The notes beneath the pieces were generated by a model, which was given only the letters and a program-made list of their open reading frames with translations, was not told the DNA's origin and made no database searches. Positions 1-12,889 of a DNA stretch of 64,000 nt are shown here, piece after piece (the first letter of the stretch is position 1; each line of letters starts with the position of its first letter). Origin of the DNA: Octopus sinensis (lineage: Eukaryota); NCBI RefSeq assembly GCF_006345805.1, contig NC_043000.1, positions 76,694,001 through 76,758,000 of the forward strand. Reading direction: 5' to 3'. A program made the position numbers and the translations under genes.

Positions 1-4
1 ATAT

Positions 5-36
<32 letters not shown>

Positions 37-71
37 AGAGTTTTTTGCGTAATAAGATAAAAAACCAAGGC

Positions 72-486
72 TGTATAGATATTAGAGCATTTATAGATAG
101 AAGGTCTTACGGCTGTTTCTCGGATATTAATTAATAATATCCCTTCATCGGAGACGGTGTGAGGGGAAAGTTAAGTCTTAGTTAGTTTACATATGATACA
201 AAATAGAGAGTGAGGTGGAGGAAAGAAAATAGATGCAAGATATGTATGGGTATTGAAGTTGTAAATCCGTTTTATCGGCGTAATGGTATATTTGCAATAT
301 TACAATATCCTTTGAGTAAAATGCAAAAGTCCAATAATAAGCAATTTAAGATTTCCCTTATGATTGAGATCCAACAGATTTTTAAACTTGGTCATTCCCA
401 GTAGGAAATTTATATACAGTGTTGCAGAGTCAAATATTTGTGTTTAAAATGACCTAGAAATAGGGAGTGTATTAGTCTGGTCAAAG
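72..486 (-). mobile_element. Non-coding hammerhead-bearing repeat (PLE pseudo-LTR-like), copy 1
   Basis: About 415-bp diverged direct repeat of 4029-4444. Both copies end at agtctggtcaaag|(AT)n. Contains a hammerhead motif. Confidence 0.75.
104..155 (-). ncRNA. Type I hammerhead ribozyme motif (U4C variant)
   Basis: Minus strand: GTCT-CCGATGA-a-GGGATATT..AATATCC-ga-GAAAC-AGCC-GTA-AGAC. Stem I is GTCT/AGAC. Confidence 0.7.
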
Positions 487-502
487 ATATATATATATAT
501 AT

Positions 503-2760
503 TTCGTTTTTGGATTTGGTTTGCAAGATTCTTTATATGAGTTCGTGTGTTGAAGCATATTCTGTTGTGTCTGGGGAGAGTCATTCTCTTCTAGTGCGTT
601 ATAATTTAACACTCTCACCGGTAAAGTTTCCACTTATTTCTTATTTTTATTTTCAAAAATTTTCGTTGCGTCTTGCAACCTTTTCAATAGTCTTGACTCT
701 GTCCGTTATTTACACTGCGTTCCCTTTTGTTTGTTTGTGCGCATGTGTGTGGGTCAGTGTGTGTGTGTGTGCCTATACATGCATGCATGTAGTATGTATG
801 TGTGTGTGTGTGTTTGCATGTGTATGTATGTATATATGTGTGTGTATGCATATGTATGTATGTGTGTGCATCTGTATGTACGTATCCTGCATATCTATGT
901 GCTTGCCTGTCCGTGTTTGTGTATTTTCTATGCATGTGTGTGTGAGCATGTGTTTGTATATGTATGTACCTCTGTTTCCTTGTGTGTGCATATCTGTGTG
1001 TGTGTTATGTAACTATGTACCATGTTTGTATGTATGGATGTGCATCTTTATATGTGTGGATCCGTGTCTCCATATGTGTCTGTTCTTGTAATCTATGTAT
1101 CTATCCGTCTGTATATTGATCTGTTTATTTACATATCCAAATGCTTACATATATAAATTAAAAAATAAATAAATAAATAAAGAAAATAAAAAATAAAATA
1201 AAAAATATAATAATAATAAAAAATATAAAAAAATAAAAAATAAAATAAAATATAAAAAATAAGAAATATAAAAAATATTAAAAAAACCCAAAAAACAAAC
1301 AAAAAATAATAATGATTAAAAAAAGGGCATACACCCACACTCACACCCACATACATAACAGTCCACTAACTATTCTACTCTATCTGTGTAAACTGGGTAT
1401 TGATGTATGGTATTTATTGTGTATATTTCCTATTTAATATTGGGGAAGTTTCATTTATAATGACGTACTCCCGTATTTGTCTAAGTGTTGGGTCTTTTTG
1501 GTGCTTGGATAAGATGCGGATGTCAAGTTGACCCAAGTTACCTCCATGGTGGTCTTTGGCATGTTGGAAGAGTATGGAGGACTGTCTTCTGTCGTCATAT
1601 TGTCTTAGATGTTCATTTATCCGTTCCGCAATGCTCCTAGACGTCTCCCCTATGTACATCATGTTCATGTCCTTACAAGCACCTTCTATGCATCTTATAC
1701 TGTAAACTACATTTCGAGTTCTACAGTTAATACTAGGGCTAATTCTACATACCATGCAGTTATCATTGGTGCATATGGTATTCTTAAACGGGTATGTCCT
1801 TCATAGTTGTGATCTGACGGAGTTCCCTGGCTTTTCAACAATTTTAATGTTGAGTTTGGTCTCCTTCAGAGCTTTTCTAAATCTACGGGCTAGTTCGCCA
1901 TGTGCTGTGGCCTCTACAAACATCACTCCTTGATATTTGTCGGTTTTATACCACGTGTTCGCCTTGTTTGCTTTGTCAAAAGCTCTTTGTATTCTATTCC
2001 ATTCTTTGTTTCTATATCTAGGGCAGGTACCACTGGTAATCATTACGTATAATGTTATCTAATTTTTTTCTAGCCCCCCTGTATACACAAACCCTATCTT
2101 TCTGATCATATCCAGAGAACTGCATGTGGTGTATGAAGTTCTATATATATTTCTTCATTTCATAAGGTTCGCATAGTGGGGACACATTGTTCATTATTCT
2201 AACTAGGTTTGCTATTAGTATGTCAATTTTCATGTTGTTGACAAAGCTGAGTTCTTGTGAACAACATATTTTGAAGTTACAGGTTTCATGTAATAAGAGT
2301 GGAGGAGCTGCACTCTATTGTTCACAGTCTCTAACCAAAGTTCAGTATCAAGTACAGGGAGTCTATTGATAGGGTGCTTAGTGGCCGTAATCTATAGCTA
2401 CCTTGATACTTTGGTGAATGGAGTTAGCTATTTGCTGGATGCTCTCCATTACGTTCTTCTCAGTCTCTACATTACCGTCACTAGAGTTGGTTCTAACTAT
2501 TATGTTTATGTCATCTACATATCTACTGTAGAGTAGAAGAGTTGTGACCTGTTCTGCTAACATTTGTTTAAATTTTCTGTCCCACCATGTCATGAAGACG
2601 CCAGCCACATCTCCAGCCAAACTTATACTAATGGCTGCACCTTGAACCTGCATGTATAGTTTTTTTATATAACTTTACTATGTGGTTTTTCAAGGTGGTT
2701 TCTACGCTGGTCCCTATTGCATATGCAATCATTTCCCTCACCTGATTGTTGTTCTCAGGG
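503..2760 (-). mobile_element. 5'-truncated, decayed Penelope-like retroelement (RT C-terminal part, Cys-knuckle linker, GIY-YIG endonuclease, CA-rich 3' tail)
   Basis: ORF 2378-2653 has GAAISISLAGDVAGVFM..YSRYVDD (RT). ORF 1801-2043 has MFVEAT..KIVEKPG. ORF 1414-1755 has NVVYSIRC..YIGETSRSIAERINEH (GIY-YIG), with CTNDNCMVC upstream. Frameshifts and stops present. Confidence 0.85.
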
Positions 2761-2879
2761 TTTGTTACTGGTTGTAATACCATTAATAATACTAATAATA
2801 ATAGAAATAGTGTAGTTGTTAGCGCTAACAATAATAGTAACAACAATCATAACAATAAAAACTTCGTTTCGATCTCGGA

Positions 2880-3690
2880 GGACAACCCCAACAGAATTAA
2901 ATTTTTGTCTAGTAATTCTAAGATTAAGAATTCTATTTACCAGTGTAGAATTTCTTCCGGTACCGATGTCTTCTTCTATATAGGAGCGTCTACTTCCCAG
3001 TTATCCAAGAGAATTTCAAACCACTATTCAAGATTCAGGGATAGTAAAAAACGACATAGTACAAGGCTAAGTAAGTTTGGCGTCTTAAAGACAACAATAT
3101 AATTTTCAAGTTAGATTGGTTCATACTGTCTGTATCTTTTCCTTTTGATAAGGGCAGGAGATTTTGTAACATTTGTAACTTTGAACTCTTCCATATTCTT
3201 TTCTCTAAGGTTCCTCTAGTAAACACACTCATAGAAAAATCATACAAATGTAAACACTGGCAGAAACACACTTTCTACTCATATAAATGATAACGATAGT
3301 CACTGTGGTTTGAAAATTAGCTTTACGTCCACCCTACTTCTATAGAGAAATTCTTTCCTAAGCCTTCGAACATTCTTTCAATCAACGTACCCTTCCCTCT
3401 CCACTTGTTCCCTACCTATTATTACTTTATCCCTTCTCTTCCTACTATCAATTTTTGACGTCAATTCTTCTAACGGTTTAAAAAAAAACACTCATTATCG
3501 CTTTGTTTACCATGTAGGCAATCATCGACATTTTTGTTTGTCTTGTTGTCGAGAGAGGGTCCCTTTCTTTCCTGATGAGAAGATTGCATAATGCACCCTT
3601 TATTCCTTTGGAATGAAAACATGCTGTCTTCGAAACATGTGTCGAGAGTAAAGGAATTTTGTTAACATCTTCGTCCGACTCTTTCATTTA
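2880..3690 (+). mobile_element. 3' fragment of a second Penelope-like element (GIY-YIG remnant plus hammerhead-containing tail)
   Basis: NSIYQCRI..FYIGASTSQLSKRISNHYSRF..STRLSK, then FCNICNFELFHIL..CKHWQK. Followed by a hammerhead and ends in (TA)n. Confidence 0.8.
3561..3654 (+). ncRNA. Canonical type I hammerhead ribozyme
   Basis: CCTTTCTTTC-CTGATGA-GAAGATtGCAT..ATGCtGTCTTC-GAAAC-ATGT-GTC-GAGAGtAAAGG. All three stems pair and the cleavage triplet is GUC (after 3643). Confidence 0.85.
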
Positions 3691-3715
3691 TTCATATATA
3701 ATATATATATAATAT

Positions 3716-3782
<67 letters not shown>

Positions 3783-3785
3783 GTA

Positions 3786-3819
<34 letters not shown>

Positions 3820-3867
3820 GTATATGTATATATATATGTATTTGTATCTATATATGTATATATATAT

Positions 3868-3898
<31 letters not shown>

Positions 3899-4028
3899 AT
3901 ATATATGTATATATATATATATGTATTTGTATATATATATGTATATCTGTATATATATATATATACATAATACATATATATATATAATATATATACATAC
4001 ATATATATATACATATATATATATATAT

Positions 4029-4444
4029 TGTATAGATATTAGAGCATTTATAAATAGAAGGCCTTACAGCTGTTTCTAAGATATTAATAAATAATATCCC
4101 TTCATCGGAGACGGCGTGAGAGGAAAGTTAAGTCATAGTTTAGATTTGATATAAAATAGAGAGTGAGGTGGAAGAAAGAAAATAGATGCAAGATATGTAT
4201 GGGTATTGAAGTTGTAAATCCGTTTTATAGGCATAATGGTATATATGCAATATTCCAATATTCTTTGAGTAAAATCCAAACGTCCAACAGAGTTTAATAA
4301 ACAATTTAACATTCCTTATGATTGAGATCCATCAGATTTTTAAACCTGGTCATTCCCAGCAAGAAATTTATATACAGTGTTGCAGAGTGAAATATTTGTG
4401 TTTAAAATAACCTAGAAATAGGGAGTGTATTAGTCTGGTCAAAG
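4029..4444 (-). mobile_element. Non-coding hammerhead-bearing repeat, copy 2
   Basis: Direct repeat of 72-486, flanked by (TA)n on both sides. Confidence 0.75.
4061..4112 (-). ncRNA. Type I hammerhead motif (U4C variant)
   Basis: Minus strand: GTCT-CCGATGA-a-GGGATATT..AATATCTT-a-GAAAC-AGCT-GTA-AGGC, with palindromic loop III. Confidence 0.72.
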
Positions 4445-4447
4445 ATA

Positions 4448-4522
<75 letters not shown>

Positions 4523-4578
4523 ATATAATATATATATATACACACACATATATACATATATCTATATATCTATATCTA

Positions 4579-4702
<124 letters not shown>

Positions 4703-4771
4703 CATATATATACATATATAATACATATATATATATATGTGTATACATACACAAACACACACATCTATCTA

Positions 4772-4823
<52 letters not shown>

Positions 4824-4827
4824 CACA

Positions 4828-5020
4828 GGGAAGCTGGCAGAATAGTTAGCACGCCGGGCGAAATGCTTAGCGGTATTTTGGCTGCCGTTACGTTGTGAGT
4901 TCAAATTCCGCCGAAGTCAACTTTGCCTTTCATTCTTTCGGTGTCGATTAAATAAATACCAGTTACGTACTGGGGTCGATGTAACCGACTTAATCCCTTT
5001 GTCTGTCTTTGTTTGTCGCC
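4828..5020 (+). mobile_element. tRNA-like SINE, family A
   Basis: GCTGGCAGAATAGTTAGC (A-box-like) and GAGTTCAAATTCC (B-box-like). Related copies at 27845-28021(-), 51720-51850(-) and 61146-61360(+). Confidence 0.75.
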
Positions 5021-5074
5021 TCTATATGTATGTATGTATGCATATATGTATGTATGCATATATTTTATTCATTA

Positions 5075-5106
<32 letters not shown>

Positions 5107-5113
<7 letters not shown>

Positions 5114-6795
5114 GGGAGTATGGCTCCAAACTTACAGGGAAAAATTAGATTTAGGATTAAATCAAATTTCACAGTATAAATATATAAATATGAATTAGAG
5201 ATAAAACCACTATTAGGCAACTGAAACAGTGATAGACATAAACCAATACATAAATAACAAATAATATAAATATAATTAATATAATATATTATAAATAATA
5301 TATATATTATATATGACAGCGGTGGTGCCCCAGCATGGCCGCGGTCTTCGGGCTAAAACACTTTTAAGGATTTAAGGATATAAAATATAAAATTTATATA
5401 TATATTTTTAACCAAAAAGTATAAAAAGAATGATAAATATAATATAATAAGTAAAAACACTACGTACGTTTCATGGCTATAATTAAATTCGAATTACAAT
5501 TAAATTCAATTGAAAATTCGAATTAAAATTATAGTCAATCTTCAGGTTAATGATAATAGTTAAATAAATAAGCAAATAGAGTTAAACAATATTTTTTAAG
5601 AAATAAATAAAATAATAATTTTTCTTATAAAAAAATCCATTATCTAAATTAGAAACTTAAAACATTAGGATTATGCCATACAACCCATTTATTATGATAA
5701 ATATTTATTTTTAAGGTAAAAAAATAGCTATGTATTTATCTATGAAGATATAATATGGTTTAAAAAAAACATAATAAACTCACGAATATCTTTAACTCAG
5801 TTATAGTCCAATATTTTATTACCAAATTATTTAACTAAATAAACACTATTCATATTTTTAGATTTAAGTTCACATCTAATAATTATAAAATATTTAAAAA
5901 TAATAACTAAATTATTATTAACAAATATAGTTATTAAAATCTAAAATTTACGCTATCAATAAATATATAGACATATAATGAAAAATAAATAACTTAATTA
6001 GTCCATTATTACTTACATAAATATTAAATATTAATATAATATATTTATGAAATACATTAAAAAATTAACGGTTAAAAATTATAAATGTATTATAAATGTA
6101 TAACCTATCTTAAAAGAACCGTATAACTATTTTACGATCTATATATCTCTTTGGCTAAGTAATATCTTACAAATAACGTACAGTTATAATCTAATAATTA
6201 AATACATATCAACAACTAAATAATTATAGAATCAAATTAACAATCAGTAGTTATATAGTATACAATATAATACAATAAAACTTATTAAAATATCTTTAAA
6301 AATCTTAAATAGAAAAGGTTTACTTAGCTTTCAAATATCGTGTCATTAAATAAAATTTTAAAACGGAAAACGTCTTTTAAGCGTTTTTAAGAATACTCGT
6401 GGAATTACGTTATTAACAGAAATAGAATAAACAGATGGAAAATTATTTTAACAATGAAAACTACGAATATATTTTATCAATGGAAATTATGAATAAAATT
6501 ATTTAATGGAAAATACGGCTGTATTTTAGCTATAATAGATAAAGAGAACAAAGTCACTATTAGAGAATAAAATCACTATAAACTATAAAATTTATAATTA
6601 AAAATAACTACAATAAATTATACTCAATACTCTATAAATTAAATAATTTATATAACTACCAATTACTGTATATATATATATTATTTATTATATATTATAT
6701 TAATTATATTTATATTATTTGTTATTTATGTATTGGTTTATGTCTATCACTATTTGAGTTGCCTAATAGTGGTTTTATCTCTAATTCATGTTATA
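5107..6795. mobile_element. AT-rich hammerhead-bearing element with an inverted terminal copy
   Basis: About 5185-5310 is the reverse complement of about 6670-6795. Same family as 17604-17900 and about 19200-19260. Confidence 0.65.
5458..5548 (-). ncRNA. Type I hammerhead motif with long stem II
   Basis: Minus strand: AAC-CTGAAGA-t-TGACTATAATT..AATTATAGCCA-t-GAAAC-GTAC-GTA-GTG. Stem I is weak. Confidence 0.65.
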
Positions 6796-7749
6796 TATAT
6801 ACACACACACACATAAGTACTGTCACATACACACATACACGTACATACATCCATATATAGGTACATCTGAAAATAACGAATTACATCGCAAATGTGTACC
6901 CGTCTCTCAAATTTCCCGAGTACTATGAATATTTAGTGATACTGAACATGTTTGTTAATTTCTCATACCAACTTTTCACGAGATGACATTTGTTGAATAT
7001 AGTGTAAGGTTAATCTTACATGATCATTGTGTGATTGCCACTGTAACACGTGTAAAGATGCAAAACCAAAGCATGAACTTCCGCTAAAATACGAATTTTT
7101 TTTCCAGGCATATGTTTCGGAATGCAATAGAACTTAGGGATTCTAACTCAACGGTTATATGTCAACACAGCACGGAAATTGAATAAAAATTTAGTACTTG
7201 GAAGTATATTTATATTAAAATTTATTGAAACTGTTTATTTCGCCTTGCGCGCGCGCACACACACGCGCTCACACACACACATCTATATATATTTATATAT
7301 GAACTTGTATATATTTATATACATACACGTACACACACACCCACCCACATACACATACACGCATAGATAAACCATAGCTGTCACTCGCCACTGAGTATGA
7401 CTTGGTAGCATGTACCATACTTTCATTAATGCTTTAGATACCAATATGGTCGCGAATAGGTACCTTTGCAGTTCTTTCTTGCTCCAGCTGACATATGTTC
7501 GATATTTCAGCAGAATGTCGGAAATATGACAGCTGGTTGGAGAAATGACTGTAATGACAGTGAGATGGTACTCTGCTGAATAGGTGAAGTGAAGCCCCTA
7601 GCGCAAGGGCACAACTCACCCCACCGTCTACGAATTAAACTCATGACCTCATGATCGCAAGTCCAAAACTAACCATTAAACCATGCGACTCAACTTGGAT
7701 AGGCTCATCCCCACTCCACACACTACACACGCACTCACAGACACACACA

Positions 7750-7801
<52 letters not shown>

Positions 7802-7827
7802 TGTACATGTATGAGAGAGTTTCGTTG

Positions 7828-8240
7828 TCCTAGATCCATGATCCATAAACCCGAAAACTCTGATCGTCTGATCGTCTCTGTTTATAATTGTCGCACTAAA
7901 CTCATCTCCACCTACCTTGGCATCCTCTTCTCTTTACTGGTTGCTGCTCTCCCTTTTCACATGCACAATAACTTTATGCCTCGTCTCTATAACTTCTCTT
8001 TTTCCCCTGGATCCTCTTGCCTCATTTTAACTATGGGCATCAACCCTCTACACCGTTATCTCTCACGATGAGTGACTCCATACTATCAAACACTTCCTCG
8101 ACTTAAGTGCCCTCTTCCGTCCTAGTACTTCCACTCTCCTTTGTCTAGTTGAACTTTTGCTCACGCTTAATTGTTTCTCCTGGTGATTTACTAACAAGTG
8201 GTGTAGGGAATGAGAATAAGACCCAAAGGCCAGCTTATTT
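7828..8240 (+). pseudogene. Decayed Penelope-type reverse transcriptase fragment
   Basis: MIHKPENSDRLIVSVYNCRTKLISTYL..LTMGINPL..STSTLLCLVELLLTLNCFS resembles PLE RT motifs KIHK..RPIVS, TMDI.SLY and LVLT.N.F. Confidence 0.65.
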
Positions 8241-9133
8241 GTTGGGTGGAAGAGAGAAGCTTGTAAGCGGAGAGAAAGGCAGATGATAGTGTGTTATAGG
8301 GACAAGATGATAGAGGGTTAGGTCAGAAGAAAGGGGATGTAGTGAGTAGCTGTCCAAACGCTGGGTGTGAGCGCTTAGAAGCAGTCAACGGCACGGGTGT
8401 TTACCCCACCAAGGGGGAGAGAACTAGCGCCTAAAAAGTTGTCAACAAACATCTTCATTCACTTTTATCTCTTACTGAATTCATTATCACACAGTTGTGA
8501 CACACAGATAGCAAATGAGTATGAGACGGTTTTCGTATGGGAACTAATGAGCTTTGGCAAGTTTTCCGTTAGGAGAGATTGTTTTGGATAGTGGTCATGA
8601 GTGGGTGGAGGGTATAGGCTTATCTCGGTAGCCGCTGGTAGTGGTGGTGGTAGTAGTTGTGGTGCATGTTGGTGGCTGCTGGTATTATTTATGATAATGA
8701 TGATGATGTTTTTTAAAAGGATGGTTTACTATTTCGATCGAAAATGTAAGGTTAAATGTCTCTAGTAAGTGGTTCTTAATGTCGGTTTAATTTTGTAATA
8801 CACAGTGTTCCAGCTGTTTATAGCTGTACTTATGACTTATATCGATAATTACATGGACTTTATTAATATAAAGTGTTTCTGTCAAAGCACACTACAACCT
8901 GTTCACAGGCATGTACTTTCTCATAACTTTATTCTAACGCGAGTGCACCTGTTCTATATCAATACCCAGGTGCATTCAAACACACCTGAGGCACCCATCC
9001 CCATTTCTCCTGTTCCCCTCTCCACCGTATCGCAACAACTATCCCGTGTCTGGTCTGGCTTTTACTAGATGGAAACTGTGGAAAGACCCCGTAGAATACA
9101 TACGTACATAAATAATATAAATAACCTTTTTCC

Positions 9134-9920
<787 letters not shown>

Positions 9921-9990
9921 TATAAAAATACATCTTTGTACCTATCTGTTCATCTGTCTGCCTGCTTCTTTCTCTCTATACTTGACCTTT

Positions 9991-10074
<84 letters not shown>

Positions 10075-10256
10075 AATGTATGTATATATGTCTGTTTTGA
10101 CATTGAAAAAGATAGCTATGGTTGGTTTTTCCCTGTATTTTCAGTCGATCAATCTATTTATTGATACGATTGCACCATGAACGCACCCAAACGCAAATCC
10201 AAAACAGCTGCAAGCCTTTAATAGATAACAAATGTATATAACCCATAATTTTTGTT

Positions 10257-10321
<65 letters not shown>

Positions 10322-10322
10322 T

Positions 10323-10356
<34 letters not shown>

Positions 10357-10357
10357 G

Positions 10358-10428
<71 letters not shown>

Positions 10429-10951
10429 GGAAATTCCAACTTAGTCTGACTTTCATATTTTATCATTTGCTATTTTAAATAGCTTCTGATGGGCTCAGCA
10501 GGCTGAATCTTACGAAGTGTATTTTGATCAATTTACCATGTGGCTTAGATGTCACTCTTTGGTGAGGGTATTTAAATGATAAATCGAACCATTTCACTAT
10601 GGTTGTCATTTGTGGAATACAACTACCACTACGTAAGTGGTTGCTTAAGGCATGAAAGTACTAGTTTATTTCAATATTGTAAAAACTAAATTGAAAATTC
10701 ATTGATTGATATAATTCTTCAATAAACAATGATACAAACTCGGATATATATATATATTTTTTATTTCTTTCAGTCATTTGACTGCGAGCATGCTGGAACA
10801 GCATATTTTAGTCGAACAAATCAACCCCAGGACCTATTCTTTGTAAGCCTAGTACTTATTCTATCGGTCTCTTTTACCGAACCGTTAATATACGGGGACA
10901 TAAACACACCAGCATCGGTTGTCAAGCGATGGTGATGGGGAGGGGGGGCAA

Positions 10952-10988
<37 letters not shown>

Positions 10989-11020
10989 CACAGACACAGA
11001 TACATACATACATACATACA

Positions 11021-11052
<32 letters not shown>

Positions 11053-11157
11053 AAAAGTTTTGAATGGTACAACAATGCACTATAATACAGATAATACGCT
11101 ATATACCTGATGTAATGTAGTCATCCATAGTCTGATATGATATTTCGGAATAATATT

Positions 11158-11553
11158 ATGTCAGGTATGTTTGCCATCTCAATATGGCTAACCACTAAGG
11201 GTGGGTGTTACTATAGCTTGTAGCTCCAGGAGAACATCGTCTCCAGCTGGCTATTGACACATTTTCTGTGTCCTATCGGTATTTGCAAAGGGAGGTCATC
11301 CTTCCCTCGTCAACCTAAGTGATACGCACGTACTGCAGTTTCTAGGTATTGACCTGTCATCAGCGTACGACAATCACCGGTTTTCGATGAAAGGGGTCCC
11401 AATGCAAATACTTATATAGTTTTCCAGTAACTTTTCGTCATTGATCTCGAAAAACTGTATGCAAGCAATAATAAATCTCTGAACGAGGTATAAACAGTAA
11501 CTGCACGACAATGTGAGGTATGTTTGCCATCTCAATATGGCTAACCACTAAGG
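11158..11553 (-). mobile_element. Retrozyme-like 353-nt unit, about 1.1 monomers, with target-site duplication
   Basis: Terminal redundancy ATGT(c/g)AGGTATGTTTGCCATCTCAATATGGCTAACCACTAAGG at 11158 and 11511 (period 353). Flanked by GGAATAATATTA at 11147-11158 and 11552-11563. Confidence 0.8.
11325..11369 (-). ncRNA. Type I hammerhead ribozyme
   Basis: Minus strand: CGTACG-CTGATGA-c-AGGT-CAAT-ACCT-a-GAAAC-TGCA-GTA-CGTGCG. Confidence 0.8.
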
Positions 11554-12015
11554 AATAATATTACTTCTTCAGATATTCTGAGATGGAGTCGCTGCTATAA
11601 TCATATATATATATATACGACGGGCTTCTTTCAGTTTCCGTCTACCAAATCCACTCAAGGCTTTGGTCGGCCCGAAGCTACAGTAGAAGACATTAGCCCA
11701 AGGCGCCACGCAGTGGGACTGAACCCGGAACCATGTGGTTGGTAAGCAAGTTACTTACCACATTGCCACTCCTATTATTTGCTATTTTGATTAGCTTTCT
11801 ATGGGCTCCAGCAGGCTGAATCTTACGAAGTGTATTTTGGCCAATTACCATGTGGGTTAGATGTCACGGTTAGGTGAGGGTATTTAAAGGATAAATCAAA
11901 CCATTTCAATACACACACACACACACACACATACACACACACATGTATGTGTGTGTGTGTGTATGTAGAAAAACTATTAGTTCTAAATCTCGAGAAATAT
12001 GCAGCAACAATACTT

Positions 12016-12333
12016 TAGAATAAAGTTTATTTGCCAACGTAAAGTGACAGTCCTGATTAGTACGAATGTTACTACAATTTAGCCCCAGGAAAAAATCATC
12101 TCCTGCTGACTATCGACGCACTAACTGTGTCCTCATACTTCGAACAAAGGAGCTATTGTTCCCACTCAGCTCAAAGCGATATTGCTTTGACACTAGTTCC
12201 CTAGTCCGAAGTATAAGGACGCAGTTAGTGCGTCGATAGTCAGCTGCAGATGATGTTTTCCTGGGGCTAAATAATAGTAACATTTGTCCTAATCAGGACT
12301 GTCACTTTACGTTGGCAAATAAACTTTACTCTA
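12016..12333. repeat. Inverted repeat (about 135-bp arms) of a sequence related to the 353-nt family
   Basis: Arms are reverse-complementary. They share GTTACTA..TAGCCCCAGGA..CTCC.GCTG.CTAT.GAC.CA..CTGTGTCC with 11205-11275 and 34875-34945. Confidence 0.8.
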
Positions 12334-12808
12334 TATACATATGCATATATATATGTATGCATACATACATGCACACACTGGCGCACGCGCGCACACACAC
12401 ACATACACACACATTTTTTAATAATTAGAAAATTCTACTTTCGCCGAGGGAAAACTTTTCAATCATATGGTTTTATCTTTTTGTGGGTATAGAAAGCAGC
12501 ATCAGTTTAAAGTTTTTGGATCTCATAGACTTTCATCTAGCAAATAATACCCATCTTTTGTCTACAGAGCAATTAGCTTATAGCTATTTACAATTGTGTG
12601 CAAACTATATATAAAACTTGCACAATCGTGCACTGACTGACAATATGGTTTAGAAATTAATTCAATATATGCTACTCAGCGTTTTGGGATAAATCGACAT
12701 GTAAGATATACTTTATTTAATAAACATGCAATTTATGGTCGCTGTGAAAAGTAAAGAAAATGATGAAAGCGCACACACCACACACACACACACATATATA
12801 TTTATATG

Positions 12809-12852
<44 letters not shown>

Positions 12853-12856
12853 ATAT

Positions 12857-12888
<32 letters not shown>

Positions 12889-12889
12889 C

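Larger units (their letters stand above)
10740..11773 (-). mobile_element. Bipartite SINE, family B, minus copy with nested inserts
   Basis: Head at 11617-11773 and tail at 10740-10950 are reverse complements of the 9134-9920 parts. Confidence 0.7.

Noticed and set aside
4828-4915. tRNA gene
   Set aside because: A/B-box-like head without a convincing cloverleaf. It continues into a multi-copy SINE body.
5550-6670. Extremely AT-rich stretch suggesting a mitochondrial insertion
   Set aside because: No mitochondrial gene, rRNA or tRNA motif was recognised. It lies inside a hammerhead-bearing inverted element.
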